DNA of 64,000 nt from a candidate division FCPU426 bacterium (GTDB lineage: Bacteria; Oederibacteriota; Muellerivitia; Muellerivitales; Muellerivitaceae). This document shows, piece by piece, positions 52,270 to 61,733 of the stretch. Below the pieces are notes generated by a model. That model saw nothing but the letters and a program-made list of their open reading frames with translations. It was not told the origin of the DNA and searched no databases. The stretch covers positions 1 through 64,000 of the forward strand of contig CAVYSE010000019.1 in NCBI GenBank assembly GCA_963771075.1. Direction: 5' to 3'. Numbering within the stretch: the stretch's first letter is position 1; every line of letters starts with the position of its first letter. The position numbers and the translations under genes were made by a program.

Positions 52270-52727
52270 TTTTTCTCTCCTCTTTTAGCGGGATGGGGCA
52301 GGCTCAGGGGTTGGGGTTTCTGGGCGGTATGGGGATGGGTGTCGCCCTTGTAGATCTGGACCCGGCCGAACATCTTGTCCCCTTGGCTGGTCTTGGGCAG
52401 CATACCCTTGATCGCGTATTCCAGGATCCGTTCGGGATGGGTCACCCGGATGACTTTGTATTCTTCCGTGGATAATCCTCCCGGCCGACCCGAAGTGCGG
52501 TGATGGGCTTTCGTATCCCATTTTTTGCCCGTCAAAACAATTTTATCGGCGTTAATGATGACCACATGGTCGCCGTTCTCGACATGAGGAGTGAAATTCA
52601 CCTTGTGTTTCCCGCGAAGAATGGCGGCGACCTGGCTAGTCAGGCGGCCCAGAACCATGTCCTTGGCGTCTACGATCCACCACTTCCGGTTGATTTCTTT
52701 TAAAGTCGGCAAATGAGTTTTTTGCAT
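52266..52727 (-). CDS. rplM: 50S ribosomal protein L13
   Basis: W.IVDA...LGRL, LRGKHK..FTPH..GD, GMLPK, HPH.AQ.P. Confidence 0.98.
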   Translation of the reverse strand: MQKTHLPTLKEINRKWWIVDAKDMVLGRLTSQVAAILRGKHKVNFTPHVENGDHVVIINADKIVLTGKKWDTKAHHRTSGRPGGLSTEEYKVIRVTHPERILEYAIKGMLPKTSQGDKMFGRVQIYKGDTHPHTAQKPQPLSLPHPAKRGEKK

Positions 52728-52799
52728 ATTTCCTAACCTGTAGCTTTTCAAAAGGGCTTAAAAAGGCCTAAAAAGGCCCCTTCCTTAACAAGGGGTTGA

Positions 52800-52827
52800 A
52801 TTATAAGGGTTTAAAGGAGAGTGTCAA
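52800..52827 (-). promoter_or_regulatory. Consensus sigma70 promoter of rplM
   Basis: TTGACA (52827-52822), 16 nt spacer, TATAAT (52805-52800). Confidence 0.8.
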
Positions 52828-53032
52828 GGAGAAGTAACAATTCCGCCCTTTACCGCCAAGATACAAAGATACCGATTTAAAGGTTTAAAGTCGCCGCCTT
52901 GAAATCCCCGGCTTTAACGGGGAATGAAAGGCCTCTCATCCGAAGCCCGGGCAAGCGTAACTTGTGCCGATTACCATTGAAAGTCGATTTTTATAGAAAT
53001 CGGTTCTATACCGAGGGTGAAATCGTTGTTCT

Positions 53033-54304
53033 TTATGAAATAGAAAGTCGAAGACGCGGTTCCCCCTGGATCATGGCAAAAGAAACAGGTCCCCGGTGCC
53101 TGATGACCCATTCTTCCAATGACAAAGACCCCAACGACTTACGGGGAAAAGGAATACCGATCAGGTCGGCCCAGAAACCCGGTTTGATCCGGCCCAATTG
53201 ATTTCCCAGGCCCAAAGCTCGGGCGGGTTTCGTTGTGACCATGGCGAGAATCTCACTGGCCTGCACATGGGGATGGCTTTTTTGAAACAACCTCATTTCC
53301 CGAAATAAGGACAGGGATGTGTTGCTCGCCAAACTGTCCGTTCCCAAGCAAACGGGAATCCGAAGCCGGTTCATCCGCGCGTATGGAATGGAAGCGTGTC
53401 CGAAAAAAGCGTGACTGCCCGGGCAATGCACTACCGTGATACGATTCTTAGCCAGCAGCTGGAGATCTTTTTCATCCGCATAGTTGACGTGGACCGCCAG
53501 ATTGAGCTTGGGAAGCCAGCCGCACTGGTTCAAGTATTGAACAGGCGTGGTCCCACGGGGAAGGTTCCAATCGGGGTTCAGAGTCATGATACGGTCGGCC
53601 ATGGGGCCCTTTCCCTTTTTAAAGTAATTCCATTCCTCCCGGCTTTCGGCCAGGTGCAGGGTCGTGGGATGGCCCTTATGGGTTGATAAAAACTTTCCAA
53701 GGAAACCCAGGGTTTCCTTGGAGACCGTGAAAAGGGTGTGGGGGGAAAAGCCCTCCTGGACCAATCCCGAAAGATGCGCCACGGAGGTCAATTCCCTCCA
53801 TTTATCCACCGTCTGATTCCAATAGACCCGAGGGAAGCGCTGTCCCAGGTCCAGGATTTCCCAGAACCAAAATGCCCTGAGTCCTGACTGCCGAAGCAAG
53901 GGCAGGCTTTCTCCGCTGGTCGACACATCACAGAGGGTGGTCGTTCCAAAAGCCAGGCTTTGGCGGATCCCTTCCCGAACCGAACTCCTGAACTCCGAAC
54001 GGGTGGTGTCGCGGGTCTTTGCCCCCATTTCCTGAAGCCACTTCCTAAAGGTTTTCCGCCGCGGAACTTTTCCCTTTAGGCGCGTATAGTCCAGGTGGCA
54101 ATGACCGTTGATCAATCCGGGCAGCAGGACCGTATTCCCCAGGTCCAGGATCCGAAACGAGGGAAGAAAGGCCAGGTCCTTCCGCCGGCCGATTTGGAGG
54201 ATCCGTCCGCCCTGAATCAACACGAAAGCGTCTTCAATCGGCTGGGGCCGGTCGAGGGTAAGAAGATATTTGGCAAAAAGGACCAGCCGTTGGGTCGAAC
54301 TCAC
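53033..54304 (-). CDS. Metal-dependent amidohydrolase, possibly aminodeoxyfutalosine deaminase
   Basis: PGLINGHCHLD, SPH, HLAES.EE, HCPGSH, GTDSLASN. Substrate inferred only from nearby mqn genes. Confidence 0.8.
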   Translation of the reverse strand: MSSTQRLVLFAKYLLTLDRPQPIEDAFVLIQGGRILQIGRRKDLAFLPSFRILDLGNTVLLPGLINGHCHLDYTRLKGKVPRRKTFRKWLQEMGAKTRDTTRSEFRSSVREGIRQSLAFGTTTLCDVSTSGESLPLLRQSGLRAFWFWEILDLGQRFPRVYWNQTVDKWRELTSVAHLSGLVQEGFSPHTLFTVSKETLGFLGKFLSTHKGHPTTLHLAESREEWNYFKKGKGPMADRIMTLNPDWNLPRGTTPVQYLNQCGWLPKLNLAVHVNYADEKDLQLLAKNRITVVHCPGSHAFFGHASIPYARMNRLRIPVCLGTDSLASNTSLSLFREMRLFQKSHPHVQASEILAMVTTKPARALGLGNQLGRIKPGFWADLIGIPFPRKSLGSLSLEEWVIRHRGPVSFAMIQGEPRLRLSIS

Positions 54305-54417
54305 CGACCTAGGTTACCAGCCGGACCCTTTCGTTTATAGTCCCCTGGCGGAAGGTCCTAGTCCCGACCCCTCTTCTGGGTTGACCCCAATCCTTGGGTC
54401 GAATAGATTAAGCCCGC

Positions 54418-55707
54418 ATGCTCGACAATAAAATTTCCAACACATTCTTCGATTTCACCAGCAAGGTCACGACCCTTTTTCCCAAAGGGGGAGCTTGGTT
54501 TTTTGACCATACTCTTATCCCCGCGGTCGGAAACCCACTAGTGAGGCGGCTCACGGGAAGGTACAACCGAAGCATTCTTCAATCCATCCATGCGTTCCAA
54601 CGGATCTTGGTGGTTTCGGACATCCATATCGGCGACGCCATATTGGCGGCTGGGGGAGTGGCGGTTTTCAGGGACTTCTTTCCGGAGGCGAGGATCGATT
54701 ACGTGATCAAAAATTCCGTGGCCTGCCTATTCGAGGGCAATCCGGCCATCTCGAACCTGTATCCGGTGTTTACGGGGGGCCAATTCCCCAATGATTCGGA
54801 CCTCGCATCGGTGAAAAAGTTGTCATTCGAGAACGATTATGACCTTTGTTTGAACTGCTGCCCCTTCATCGAGGACGGGGAAATCTTTCCCCCGGGGCAA
54901 AAAGTGCTCAACGCGGTTACCTTCGCGCCGAAGGCATTGATGAACCTGACCGGCAAGACCGGTTCCTGCCATTTCATGTACAACACCTATGACCTACCGG
55001 GTGAGTTTCTCCCCCAAATCACGGGCCGGCAACCAGCCCGCCCTTTCAAGGGCTTTCCGGTCACCCTCTCCGACGAGGCTTTCGACCAAGCCCAGTTGTT
55101 TTTCAAGGAAAAAGGCCTCACCCAAGACAAAAAAATATACTTCCTTAACCCCGATACCGCCTCCCCCTTTAACCGTATCCCCTTTAAAAGCCAGCTCATC
55201 CTGTTAAAAGGTCTGATTTCCCTCCCCGGGCAAGTTTTACTGGGTTCGGGTTTTACAGCGAAGGATATCGAGAAACAACTCATGGGGGAATTAACCGCAG
55301 GTGAGAGGGAACGCCTGACCCTGGTGCCCAAGACCATGAACCTGGACGCCTACGCGGCCTTGATCGATTGCGCGGATATTTTCATTTCGGGCGACACCGG
55401 GCCCCTGCATATCGGGGCGGCCCGCAAGGTGTCAAGAACAGGGAATCGCAAGTTCCGCAATAAAACCTACGTGGTCTCCGTGTTTGGCGCCACCAACGCC
55501 CGCATGTCGGGTTACGACTCAACCAACCCGCTTTTTCCACCCGCCGACCAGGACGTCCCCTCGCGCTGTTATGTTTCCGAAAGCCCCTGCCGAAACATCA
55601 CCTGCATGAACAAGATGTCCAAAACTTGCAAGACCGTCCGCTGTTTCGAGTTCCTGGACATCGAGAAGATCCTGGCCGACATCCGGGCCCATCTACAAAC
55701 TGTTTAA
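54418..55707 (+). CDS. Glycosyltransferase family 9 (heptosyltransferase-like)
   Basis: HIGDAIL, FPEARID, FISGDTGPLHIGAA, VSVFGAT. Confidence 0.85.
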   Translation: MLDNKISNTFFDFTSKVTTLFPKGGAWFFDHTLIPAVGNPLVRRLTGRYNRSILQSIHAFQRILVVSDIHIGDAILAAGGVAVFRDFFPEARIDYVIKNSVACLFEGNPAISNLYPVFTGGQFPNDSDLASVKKLSFENDYDLCLNCCPFIEDGEIFPPGQKVLNAVTFAPKALMNLTGKTGSCHFMYNTYDLPGEFLPQITGRQPARPFKGFPVTLSDEAFDQAQLFFKEKGLTQDKKIYFLNPDTASPFNRIPFKSQLILLKGLISLPGQVLLGSGFTAKDIEKQLMGELTAGERERLTLVPKTMNLDAYAALIDCADIFISGDTGPLHIGAARKVSRTGNRKFRNKTYVVSVFGATNARMSGYDSTNPLFPPADQDVPSRCYVSESPCRNITCMNKMSKTCKTVRCFEFLDIEKILADIRAHLQTV

Positions 55708-55725
55708 ACGCCTGAACCCGTCCGC

Positions 55726-56256
55726 TTAGGGCCCACCCCCCGCGGGTCCTTGAGAGTAGCCCAGGGCAAAGGTGGGCGTCGGCGTTGGTTGCAGGAATTT
55801 TCGATTGGCATCCGGGTCCAGCACGAAAAAGCTCAGGTGCCATTTTCCACCGCTTAAGGCGGTCTCAAGAACGATCTTATTGTTTCCCTTTTCAAAATCG
55901 GCGTCCACCACGTAGCCTTTCACGAGGAGGTTTTCCTTGTTCGGAATTTCCGCCTGGCCTTCCACGCATCCCCGGTAGGTTTTCATGGCCCCAACGGTCT
56001 CTTTCATGATCTGCAGGTGGGACAAGAACAACTCCGGGTTATTCCCCACATACTCCTTCAAACGGGGGTCCGCTTCCCGGAGGATCAAGGTGGGGTCCCA
56101 ATCCTTAAAAACGACCGGTACGACCCGATCCAGGTAAGCCTTGCTATCCCTGTCCGGATCAGGCCTACAGCCCATTTCTCCCGGGCCCATACAAAGCGCG
56201 ATCAATAGGATTGAGAACATTTGGAATCGTTTGGTCGGGCGTGGATGAGAATTCAT
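55726..56256 (-). CDS. Hypothetical exported protein / lipoprotein
   Basis: Hydrophobic N-terminal segment with Cys; compact domain ending ADFEKG..W.L..F. Confidence 0.6.
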   Translation of the reverse strand: MNSHPRPTKRFQMFSILLIALCMGPGEMGCRPDPDRDSKAYLDRVVPVVFKDWDPTLILREADPRLKEYVGNNPELFLSHLQIMKETVGAMKTYRGCVEGQAEIPNKENLLVKGYVVDADFEKGNNKIVLETALSGGKWHLSFFVLDPDANRKFLQPTPTPTFALGYSQGPAGGGP

Positions 56257-56272
56257 CAGAATGGCCTCATCC

Positions 56273-57181
56273 CTATTTGGGGAGGGTTTTGGGCGGTTCG
56301 GGCTTGGGAGCCGGCGGAGGAGGGGCGGTGGACCGGCGCACCATCAACTCGGGCTCGATCAAGATATGCTGGCGGGCTTTCATTGGATCCTGCACGATGG
56401 AATCAAGCATTTCGACGGCGATCCGGCCCATCTCGTAAAAAGGCTGATGAATGGTCGTCAAGGGCGGGCTATGGAGGGCGGCCTGGTCGTAATTATCGAA
56501 GCCCACCACGGAGAGGTTGCCGGGAATGCGAATGCCCATTTCATTGGCGATCTCCATGGCGCCGAAGGCGATCATATCGCTGGCGCAAACCAGGGCCGTG
56601 GGCCGGACCATTTCAGGGAGGACCATCAGTTCACCGGCCGCTTCCTTTCCAAAATCATAGGAAAAGACCCCGTGTTTGACCCAGTCCAGATTTTCCACCA
56701 AACCTTTTTCTTTTAAGGCGGAGCGAAAACCCTCATACCGGTCACGGGCGTTCGAAGAAAGCTCGATCTCTCCCCCAATGTAGCCAATGCGATTATGGCC
56801 CAAATGGATCAAATGCTCCGTGGCCTTTCGGGATCCCTCCAGGTTATCCATGTCCACCCAGGAAAACTCATCCCCCGGATCCCGGTGGAACAACAAAACG
56901 ATGGGAAGTTTCAAATTCTTGAGTATCCCCAGGTCCTGGTTCCGGGTTCGCGGCGCCATGATGACTGCCCCGGACAGCTCCTCTTTTTGGAGAAACTCGG
57001 CTTCCTTGCCGAGGATGCCCACCACGTTTTTCAAGAGGAGTGGAAACTCGGAGCGGGTAATGCCGTCGATGATTCCCGTCAAGGTCTGCTGGTAATAGGT
57101 CTCCGAAAGGTGGGGAGAACATTCCCAGAAGGAAAGCAGCCCCAATGAATGGTGGGATTTGGGTTTGGAATTATGAGCCAT
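56273..57181 (-). CDS. LacI-family effector-binding domain lacking the DNA-binding HTH
   Basis: VDMDNLEG...ATEHLI.LGH.RIG, R.EGF, SDMIAFG, IPG.LSVVGFD, PPLTTIHQP, L.VRRST; no N-terminal HTH. Confidence 0.85.
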   Translation of the reverse strand: MAHNSKPKSHHSLGLLSFWECSPHLSETYYQQTLTGIIDGITRSEFPLLLKNVVGILGKEAEFLQKEELSGAVIMAPRTRNQDLGILKNLKLPIVLLFHRDPGDEFSWVDMDNLEGSRKATEHLIHLGHNRIGYIGGEIELSSNARDRYEGFRSALKEKGLVENLDWVKHGVFSYDFGKEAAGELMVLPEMVRPTALVCASDMIAFGAMEIANEMGIRIPGNLSVVGFDNYDQAALHSPPLTTIHQPFYEMGRIAVEMLDSIVQDPMKARQHILIEPELMVRRSTAPPPPAPKPEPPKTLPK

Positions 57182-57376
57182 ACTTCGCCTCGGTTCTAAG
57201 GACTAAACCCGACCTTGGTTTAAAAAACTCTTTGCCCCCGGCGAAAGGCAGGGACGGGGTCACGGGATAAATACCATTATCTCTTTTAAATGTATCCTAT
57301 GCATCCAAGGTCAAAATGATTTTCGTTTTACCCTTAAGGTCTTACCCCAAGCTCCCGGCGGCGAAAAACTTTTACC

Positions 57377-58276
57377 TTATTTCGTGACGTAATCTTCCAT
57401 CGATTCGAACTTGTCGAAGGGTTTCTTGTCCGTGGAGATCCGGCCCCTCGTCTTCAGAACCTGCAATTCCTCACGGGTCGGCTCCACCCGGTAGGTCGAA
57501 GGCGTGAAACAATCGAATGTCACGCCCTTTTGCTTCATTTTCCGCACGTTATGCTCCATCACCCGTAGGGAGATCGGGGAGGACGAGGCCATTCGGTAGG
57601 TCCATCCCATGCCGAAACAGGGCATCTCCACCCGGGCGGTGAGAATATTTGAGAAAACCGAATGAAAGGTCTTGTAGATGGTGGCGAAGGAATCGGGGAA
57701 AAGATAATAGTTGTCCGTGTGGATGCCGACCAACCCGCCCCTTTTGACCCGCTTTTTGCAAAGTTGGTAGAACTCTTTCGTGTAGAGCATCTTGGAGGGT
57801 CCGTGGGGTTCGGTCAGGTCGATGATGAGAACATCGTATTTTTCCGGATTCTTTTCCATGCGTTTTCGGGCGTCCTCATAAATAATCTCCACCCTTGGAT
57901 CCCGCAGGCACTTCTCGATCTCGGGGTAATTTTTCCGGCAAAAATCCACCACCCCCTTGTCGATCTCGACCATCAAGATTCGCTTCAGGCTTTTGAACTT
58001 GACCGTCTCCTCCAAGGCGAAACAGTCGCCGCCGCCGATAACGCAAATGCTTTCGGGCTTGCGGTGGGCCAATAGCGGGGCGGCCACCAGATACTGGTGG
58101 TACCGGTTCTCATCTCCCCGGCTTATCTGGATTTTCCCATCCAGGAAAAGCAATGTGCCAAAGGTATCGTTCTCGAATATTTCCATCGATTGGTAGGGCG
58201 TCTGCCCCTTGTACAGGGATTGGCCTTTGTAGACATGGCCGAATGTGTTGGTGGTCCATTCCGTTTTAATATCCAT
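57377..58276 (-). CDS. speE: Polyamine aminopropyltransferase (spermidine synthase family)
   Basis: TPYQ, L.LDG.IQ, DE..YH, IGGGD, VEID, DPRV...EDA, IIDLTEP, LYTKEFY. Confidence 0.9.
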   Translation of the reverse strand: MDIKTEWTTNTFGHVYKGQSLYKGQTPYQSMEIFENDTFGTLLFLDGKIQISRGDENRYHQYLVAAPLLAHRKPESICVIGGGDCFALEETVKFKSLKRILMVEIDKGVVDFCRKNYPEIEKCLRDPRVEIIYEDARKRMEKNPEKYDVLIIDLTEPHGPSKMLYTKEFYQLCKKRVKRGGLVGIHTDNYYLFPDSFATIYKTFHSVFSNILTARVEMPCFGMGWTYRMASSSPISLRVMEHNVRKMKQKGVTFDCFTPSTYRVEPTREELQVLKTRGRISTDKKPFDKFESMEDYVTK

Positions 58277-58374
58277 CAAAAGCTCCTGGGGGAAGGTTGC
58301 CGGGGATTATATCGGAATTCGGGGGCGTGGCTTGTAAAAACCTTGGTAACAAAGCGATTCGGGGTTAGAAAACC

Positions 58375-59574
58375 CTAAAATAAATAGAGGTCCGTGGAAA
58401 GCCTGAGATCAAAACCCGTATAGTCGATGGAGGCATAGTCCCCGTTGCCTTGGCTTAGGCTTTCGCTGGATTGCACCCCCAAGGTGCCGTTCCGTAAAAC
58501 CGCCAAGGCCGAAGTGGTCCCGGAGGCCTGGTTCGAGACATTGCCCTGGACCTGGTTGATCTTGGCGTAGCGAAACCTTCCAGAAATTTCTAACCCAACT
58601 TCCCGGGTGAGGTACCATTCATTCCCGATCCCGATCACGCCGCCCAAGGTTCCTCCCGAGAGATTGCCGGCGACCGGACTCTCCGGGTCGGATTGGTAGT
58701 ATCGGACCTGGGTAAAGTAATAACCCACCCCACCCATGGCGTACAACCGGCTCCTTCCCCCGGTCAGATTGCGGTAATAATTGACCCCCATCGAGTAGGT
58801 GTCGGGAGTGACCGATTGGAGAAGCTGGGAACTGGAAGAAACCACCGAGACCTGGTACCCCTCCCCTCCCAAGTATTCCAGTCCGAATGAGAAAACATTC
58901 GCGGAATCCAGGTTGTACCCGCTCTCCACGCCCAACTCCACGCCTGAGTTTCGGACGGAGGCCACCGCGCCTTGGTTGTTCGTAGTAAGGGATTTGTTCC
59001 AGGATTGGGCACCCGATTCAAAATCCTGCATGTTAGCGAAGCCGAAGCAGGAATTTAACTTTACCCACAGGGGGAAACGCGGCGTTGCGGGCTTAAGGGA
59101 ATGGATCGGGTAAGGCATGCCGTAACCCGAAACCTGCGCCAACAAATCGAAAGGCACCGTGACGGGGGGATGCTTGGCCTCCACCGCCGTGATTTCATCG
59201 ATTGGATGGAGCTTCAAGGAAGGGGTGGACGACAGGGATGACTGGAGTTTTTTGAAATGATCGAGAAGGCTCGTATTCTTGGGGTTGATCCTCAGGCTTT
59301 CCCGATAGGCACCCAAGGCGGCATCCCTGTTCTGCAACACAAAATAGCAATTGCCGATCATGTGGTAGGTTTGCCAGGAATCCAGGTTTTCATCGGCGGA
59401 CAGGTAGAAATGGTGGAGCGCCTCTTGGTATTTCCCCGATTGATAGAGGTTGAAGCCCGTTTGAAATTCCAGATCGCCGGGTTGGGAGGAGGCCGCATGA
59501 CAAGGACGAACCCAACAGAGGGTCATGGCCGCCAAAGCGATCCAACGATGTAATTTAAGGTTCGAGAAGCTCAA
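58375..59574 (-). CDS. TPR repeat plus outer-membrane beta-barrel protein
   Basis: Signal peptide; TPRs (YQSGKYQEA..GNCYF..A..Y..SL.INP); amphipathic beta strands; C-terminal Phe (DLYLF). Confidence 0.7.
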   Translation of the reverse strand: MSFSNLKLHRWIALAAMTLCWVRPCHAASSQPGDLEFQTGFNLYQSGKYQEALHHFYLSADENLDSWQTYHMIGNCYFVLQNRDAALGAYRESLRINPKNTSLLDHFKKLQSSLSSTPSLKLHPIDEITAVEAKHPPVTVPFDLLAQVSGYGMPYPIHSLKPATPRFPLWVKLNSCFGFANMQDFESGAQSWNKSLTTNNQGAVASVRNSGVELGVESGYNLDSANVFSFGLEYLGGEGYQVSVVSSSSQLLQSVTPDTYSMGVNYYRNLTGGRSRLYAMGGVGYYFTQVRYYQSDPESPVAGNLSGGTLGGVIGIGNEWYLTREVGLEISGRFRYAKINQVQGNVSNQASGTTSALAVLRNGTLGVQSSESLSQGNGDYASIDYTGFDLRLSTDLYLF

Positions 59575-59853
59575 GTCATCCCTTTCTCGAAGGTTCCATG
59601 GAGGAAATGGGTTGGGTAAGTTTTAGGGGCCCTTCCCATTAACCTTTTAATTTTACCCTCAATAAGTCATACCCTCGATGATTTATCTTTTTCTTTTTTT
59701 CCCAAGGCAAGAAATTCAGCTGGGAAAATCGTTAAAACGACAAATTAAACCGTTCTTGCTTGAACTATAGACGGTTTTTGGAGGCTTTTATTTCAAACTT
59801 ATTTGGGGGGAATTAGGCGGTAAAAACAGGGGGTCTGGACGTGAAAAGTGGTT

Positions 59854-60246
59854 TTATCGGGCGGGCGGCTTACCAAACTGGGCCGTGATGGTGGAATGCA
59901 TTCCCCCGCGGGTATTGAATAAACCGGTCACGCGGCACCATTTGGGCTTGGCGGCGGCAGTGAAATCCCGAAGCATCCGATTGACCGCGTTTTCATAAAA
60001 AATTCCGACGTTGCGATAGGCCAGGATGTAGCTTTTCAGGGATTTCAGCTCAAGAACATGCTTCACCGGCTCATATTCAAGAACAATGGTCCCAAAATCG
60101 GGCAAGCCGGTCTTGGGGCAAACCGCCGTGTACTCGGGGATTTCGATTCGGATGATGTATCCCGTATATTGGTTGGGGAACACCTCAATCGGGGGCAATT
60201 TGATCTTGATGCCCGACTTCGCGTGGGTCTCGTTGTAGTCGCTCAT
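59854..60246 (-). CDS. queF: NADPH-dependent preQ0 reductase (type I)
   Basis: FPN, EYTAVCPKTGLPDFG, ELKSLK.Y, F..RGG. Confidence 0.95.
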   Translation of the reverse strand: MSDYNETHAKSGIKIKLPPIEVFPNQYTGYIIRIEIPEYTAVCPKTGLPDFGTIVLEYEPVKHVLELKSLKSYILAYRNVGIFYENAVNRMLRDFTAAAKPKWCRVTGLFNTRGGMHSTITAQFGKPPAR

Positions 60247-60270
60247 TTATTATTCCTTCCACATAAATCC

Positions 60271-60390
60271 AACGCAAAGCCGCAAAGTTTCGATGAAAGG
60301 CATTTCGAAAATTAAGACCAACAAAATGGCAAGGGATGTTAGCCGTAAATGAAGAATTTTCTTTTCTTAGCGTTTTGGCGTCTTTGCGTT
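60271..60390. repeat. Inverted 8-mer element (CGCAAAG type)
   Basis: Left AACGCAAAG CCGCAAAG; right CTTAGCGT TTTGGCGT CTTTGCGTT. Confidence 0.75.
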
Positions 60391-60428
60391 AGAAGTTGTT
60401 TTAAGAATCTCGAACAAAACCCAATATT

Positions 60429-60540
60429 TACCACAGAGACACTGAGACACAGAGTAAACCCGGACAATTGGTTTAAGATTCCTTGAATTTAGAAATTTTT
60501 TTTCTGTGCCTCTGTGGCCGCCAAAGGCGGCCTGTGGTGA
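60429..60540. repeat. Inverted 8-mer element (CACAGAG type) with a GC hairpin inserted in the right arm
   Basis: Left CCACAGAG ACACTGAG ACACAGAG (60431-60454); right TTCTGTGC CTCTGT[GGCCGCC-AAA-GGCGGCC]TGTGGTGA. Confidence 0.8.
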
Positions 60541-60569
60541 AATTAGGTTTTGTTATAATCTTTAAGTTA

Positions 60570-61647
60570 TTAATTTACCAAATTGTAAAGGGTATCGCGC
60601 TGGTGGGGTTCGAAACCCATCTCGCTAATGAGCCGCCGCATCTCGTTGAGTTCCATGGTGTAGTGGGTGCCGGTGGAGGAGACCACATTCTCCTCCAGCA
60701 TGATGCTTCCCAAGTCGTTGGCCCCGTACTTCAGGCCCAAGCTGTCCGATCTTCTTTCCCGGCGTCACCCAGGAGGCCTGCAGGTTGGGAAGGGTATGGT
60801 TCAGGATGATCCGGCAAAGGGCCAGGGTCTTCAGGTATTCCAGCCCGCTGGCGCTCTTTAGCCCCAAGGCCTCATTTCCCGGCTGATAGAGCCAGGGGAT
60901 GAAACCCAAAAAACCCCCGGTCTCTTCCTGCAGTTCCCTCACGCGGAAAACATGCTCGATGCGGTCCTCGATGGTTTCCACATGTCCGAACATCATGGTG
61001 GCGGTGGAGCGCATGCCGAGGGAATGCAGGTCGCGCATGACCCCCAGCCACTCGTCGGTCGAGGCCTTGAGGGGGGCGATTTCCTTACGCACCCGGTCCA
61101 CCAAAATCTCGGCGCCGCCCCCGGGCATTGAATCCATCCCCGCCTTGCGGAACTCCTTGAGAATATCAATGACCGGCATGCTGAATACGGACGAGAAGTG
61201 GACCAATTCGGGGGGCGAGAAGGCGTGCAAGGTGACATCGGGATGGGCCCGTTTGACCTTGGAGAGCATGTCGAGATACCACTCCAACTTCAGGTCGGGG
61301 TTGTGACCGCCCTGGAGGAGAATCTGGGTGGCGCCCAGGGCCTTTGCCTCGGCGACCTTATGGATGATCTTGTCCGCCTCGTTGACGTAACCCTCCTTCA
61401 CGTCCCCCGGTTCCCGGTAAAAGGCGCAGAACTTGCAATAGGTCACGCAAACATTGGTGTAATTGATGTTTCGGTCGATCAGGTAGGTGGCGATCTGATC
61501 GCCCTTGGTCCGGGTTTTGAGGGTATCGGCGATGGCGCCCAGTTCGTTCAACGGCGTCCCTTGGTACAAATCCAAGGCTTCCAGCCGGTTCACCACGTGG
61601 CCGTCCAAGACTTTTTCTTGGAGGGTCTCAACACTCGCAACTGGCAT
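60570..61647 (-). CDS. mqnC: Cyclic dehypoxanthinyl futalosine synthase; apparent frameshift near 60737
   Basis: DRNINYTNVC...CKFCAFYR radical SAM motif, LLQGG, PGGGAEIL, ATMMFGH, QASW; GANDLGSIMLEENVV continues in the adjacent frame. Confidence 0.9.
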
Positions 61648-61670
61648 GGTTTTATACCTTTCTTCGTCTT

Positions 61671-61733
61671 CAGCAATTAGCAGTTGGCTTTTAGCCGTTA
61701 GCTAACTGCCAAAAGCTAAACACTAACGGCTAA
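61671..61733. repeat. Inverted heptamer tandem array between mqnA and mqnC
   Basis: CAGCAAT TAGCAGT TGGCTTT TAGCCGT TA followed by GCTAACT GCCAAAA GCTAAAC ACTAACG GCTAA. Confidence 0.75.

Noticed and set aside
52853..52876. Possible further 8-mer arm (CCGCCAAG ATACAAAG ATACCGAT); similar weak trace near 19493-19647
   Set aside because: Too degenerate and no convincing inverted partner.
57225..57290. Fluoride riboswitch-like GATAATGGTATTTATC upstream of the LacI-like gene
   Set aside because: The downstream conserved pseudoknot segment is absent and the gene context does not fit.
60246..60420. preQ1 riboswitch upstream of queF
   Set aside because: No preQ1 stem-loop plus A-rich tail consensus visible; the region is occupied by repeat elements.
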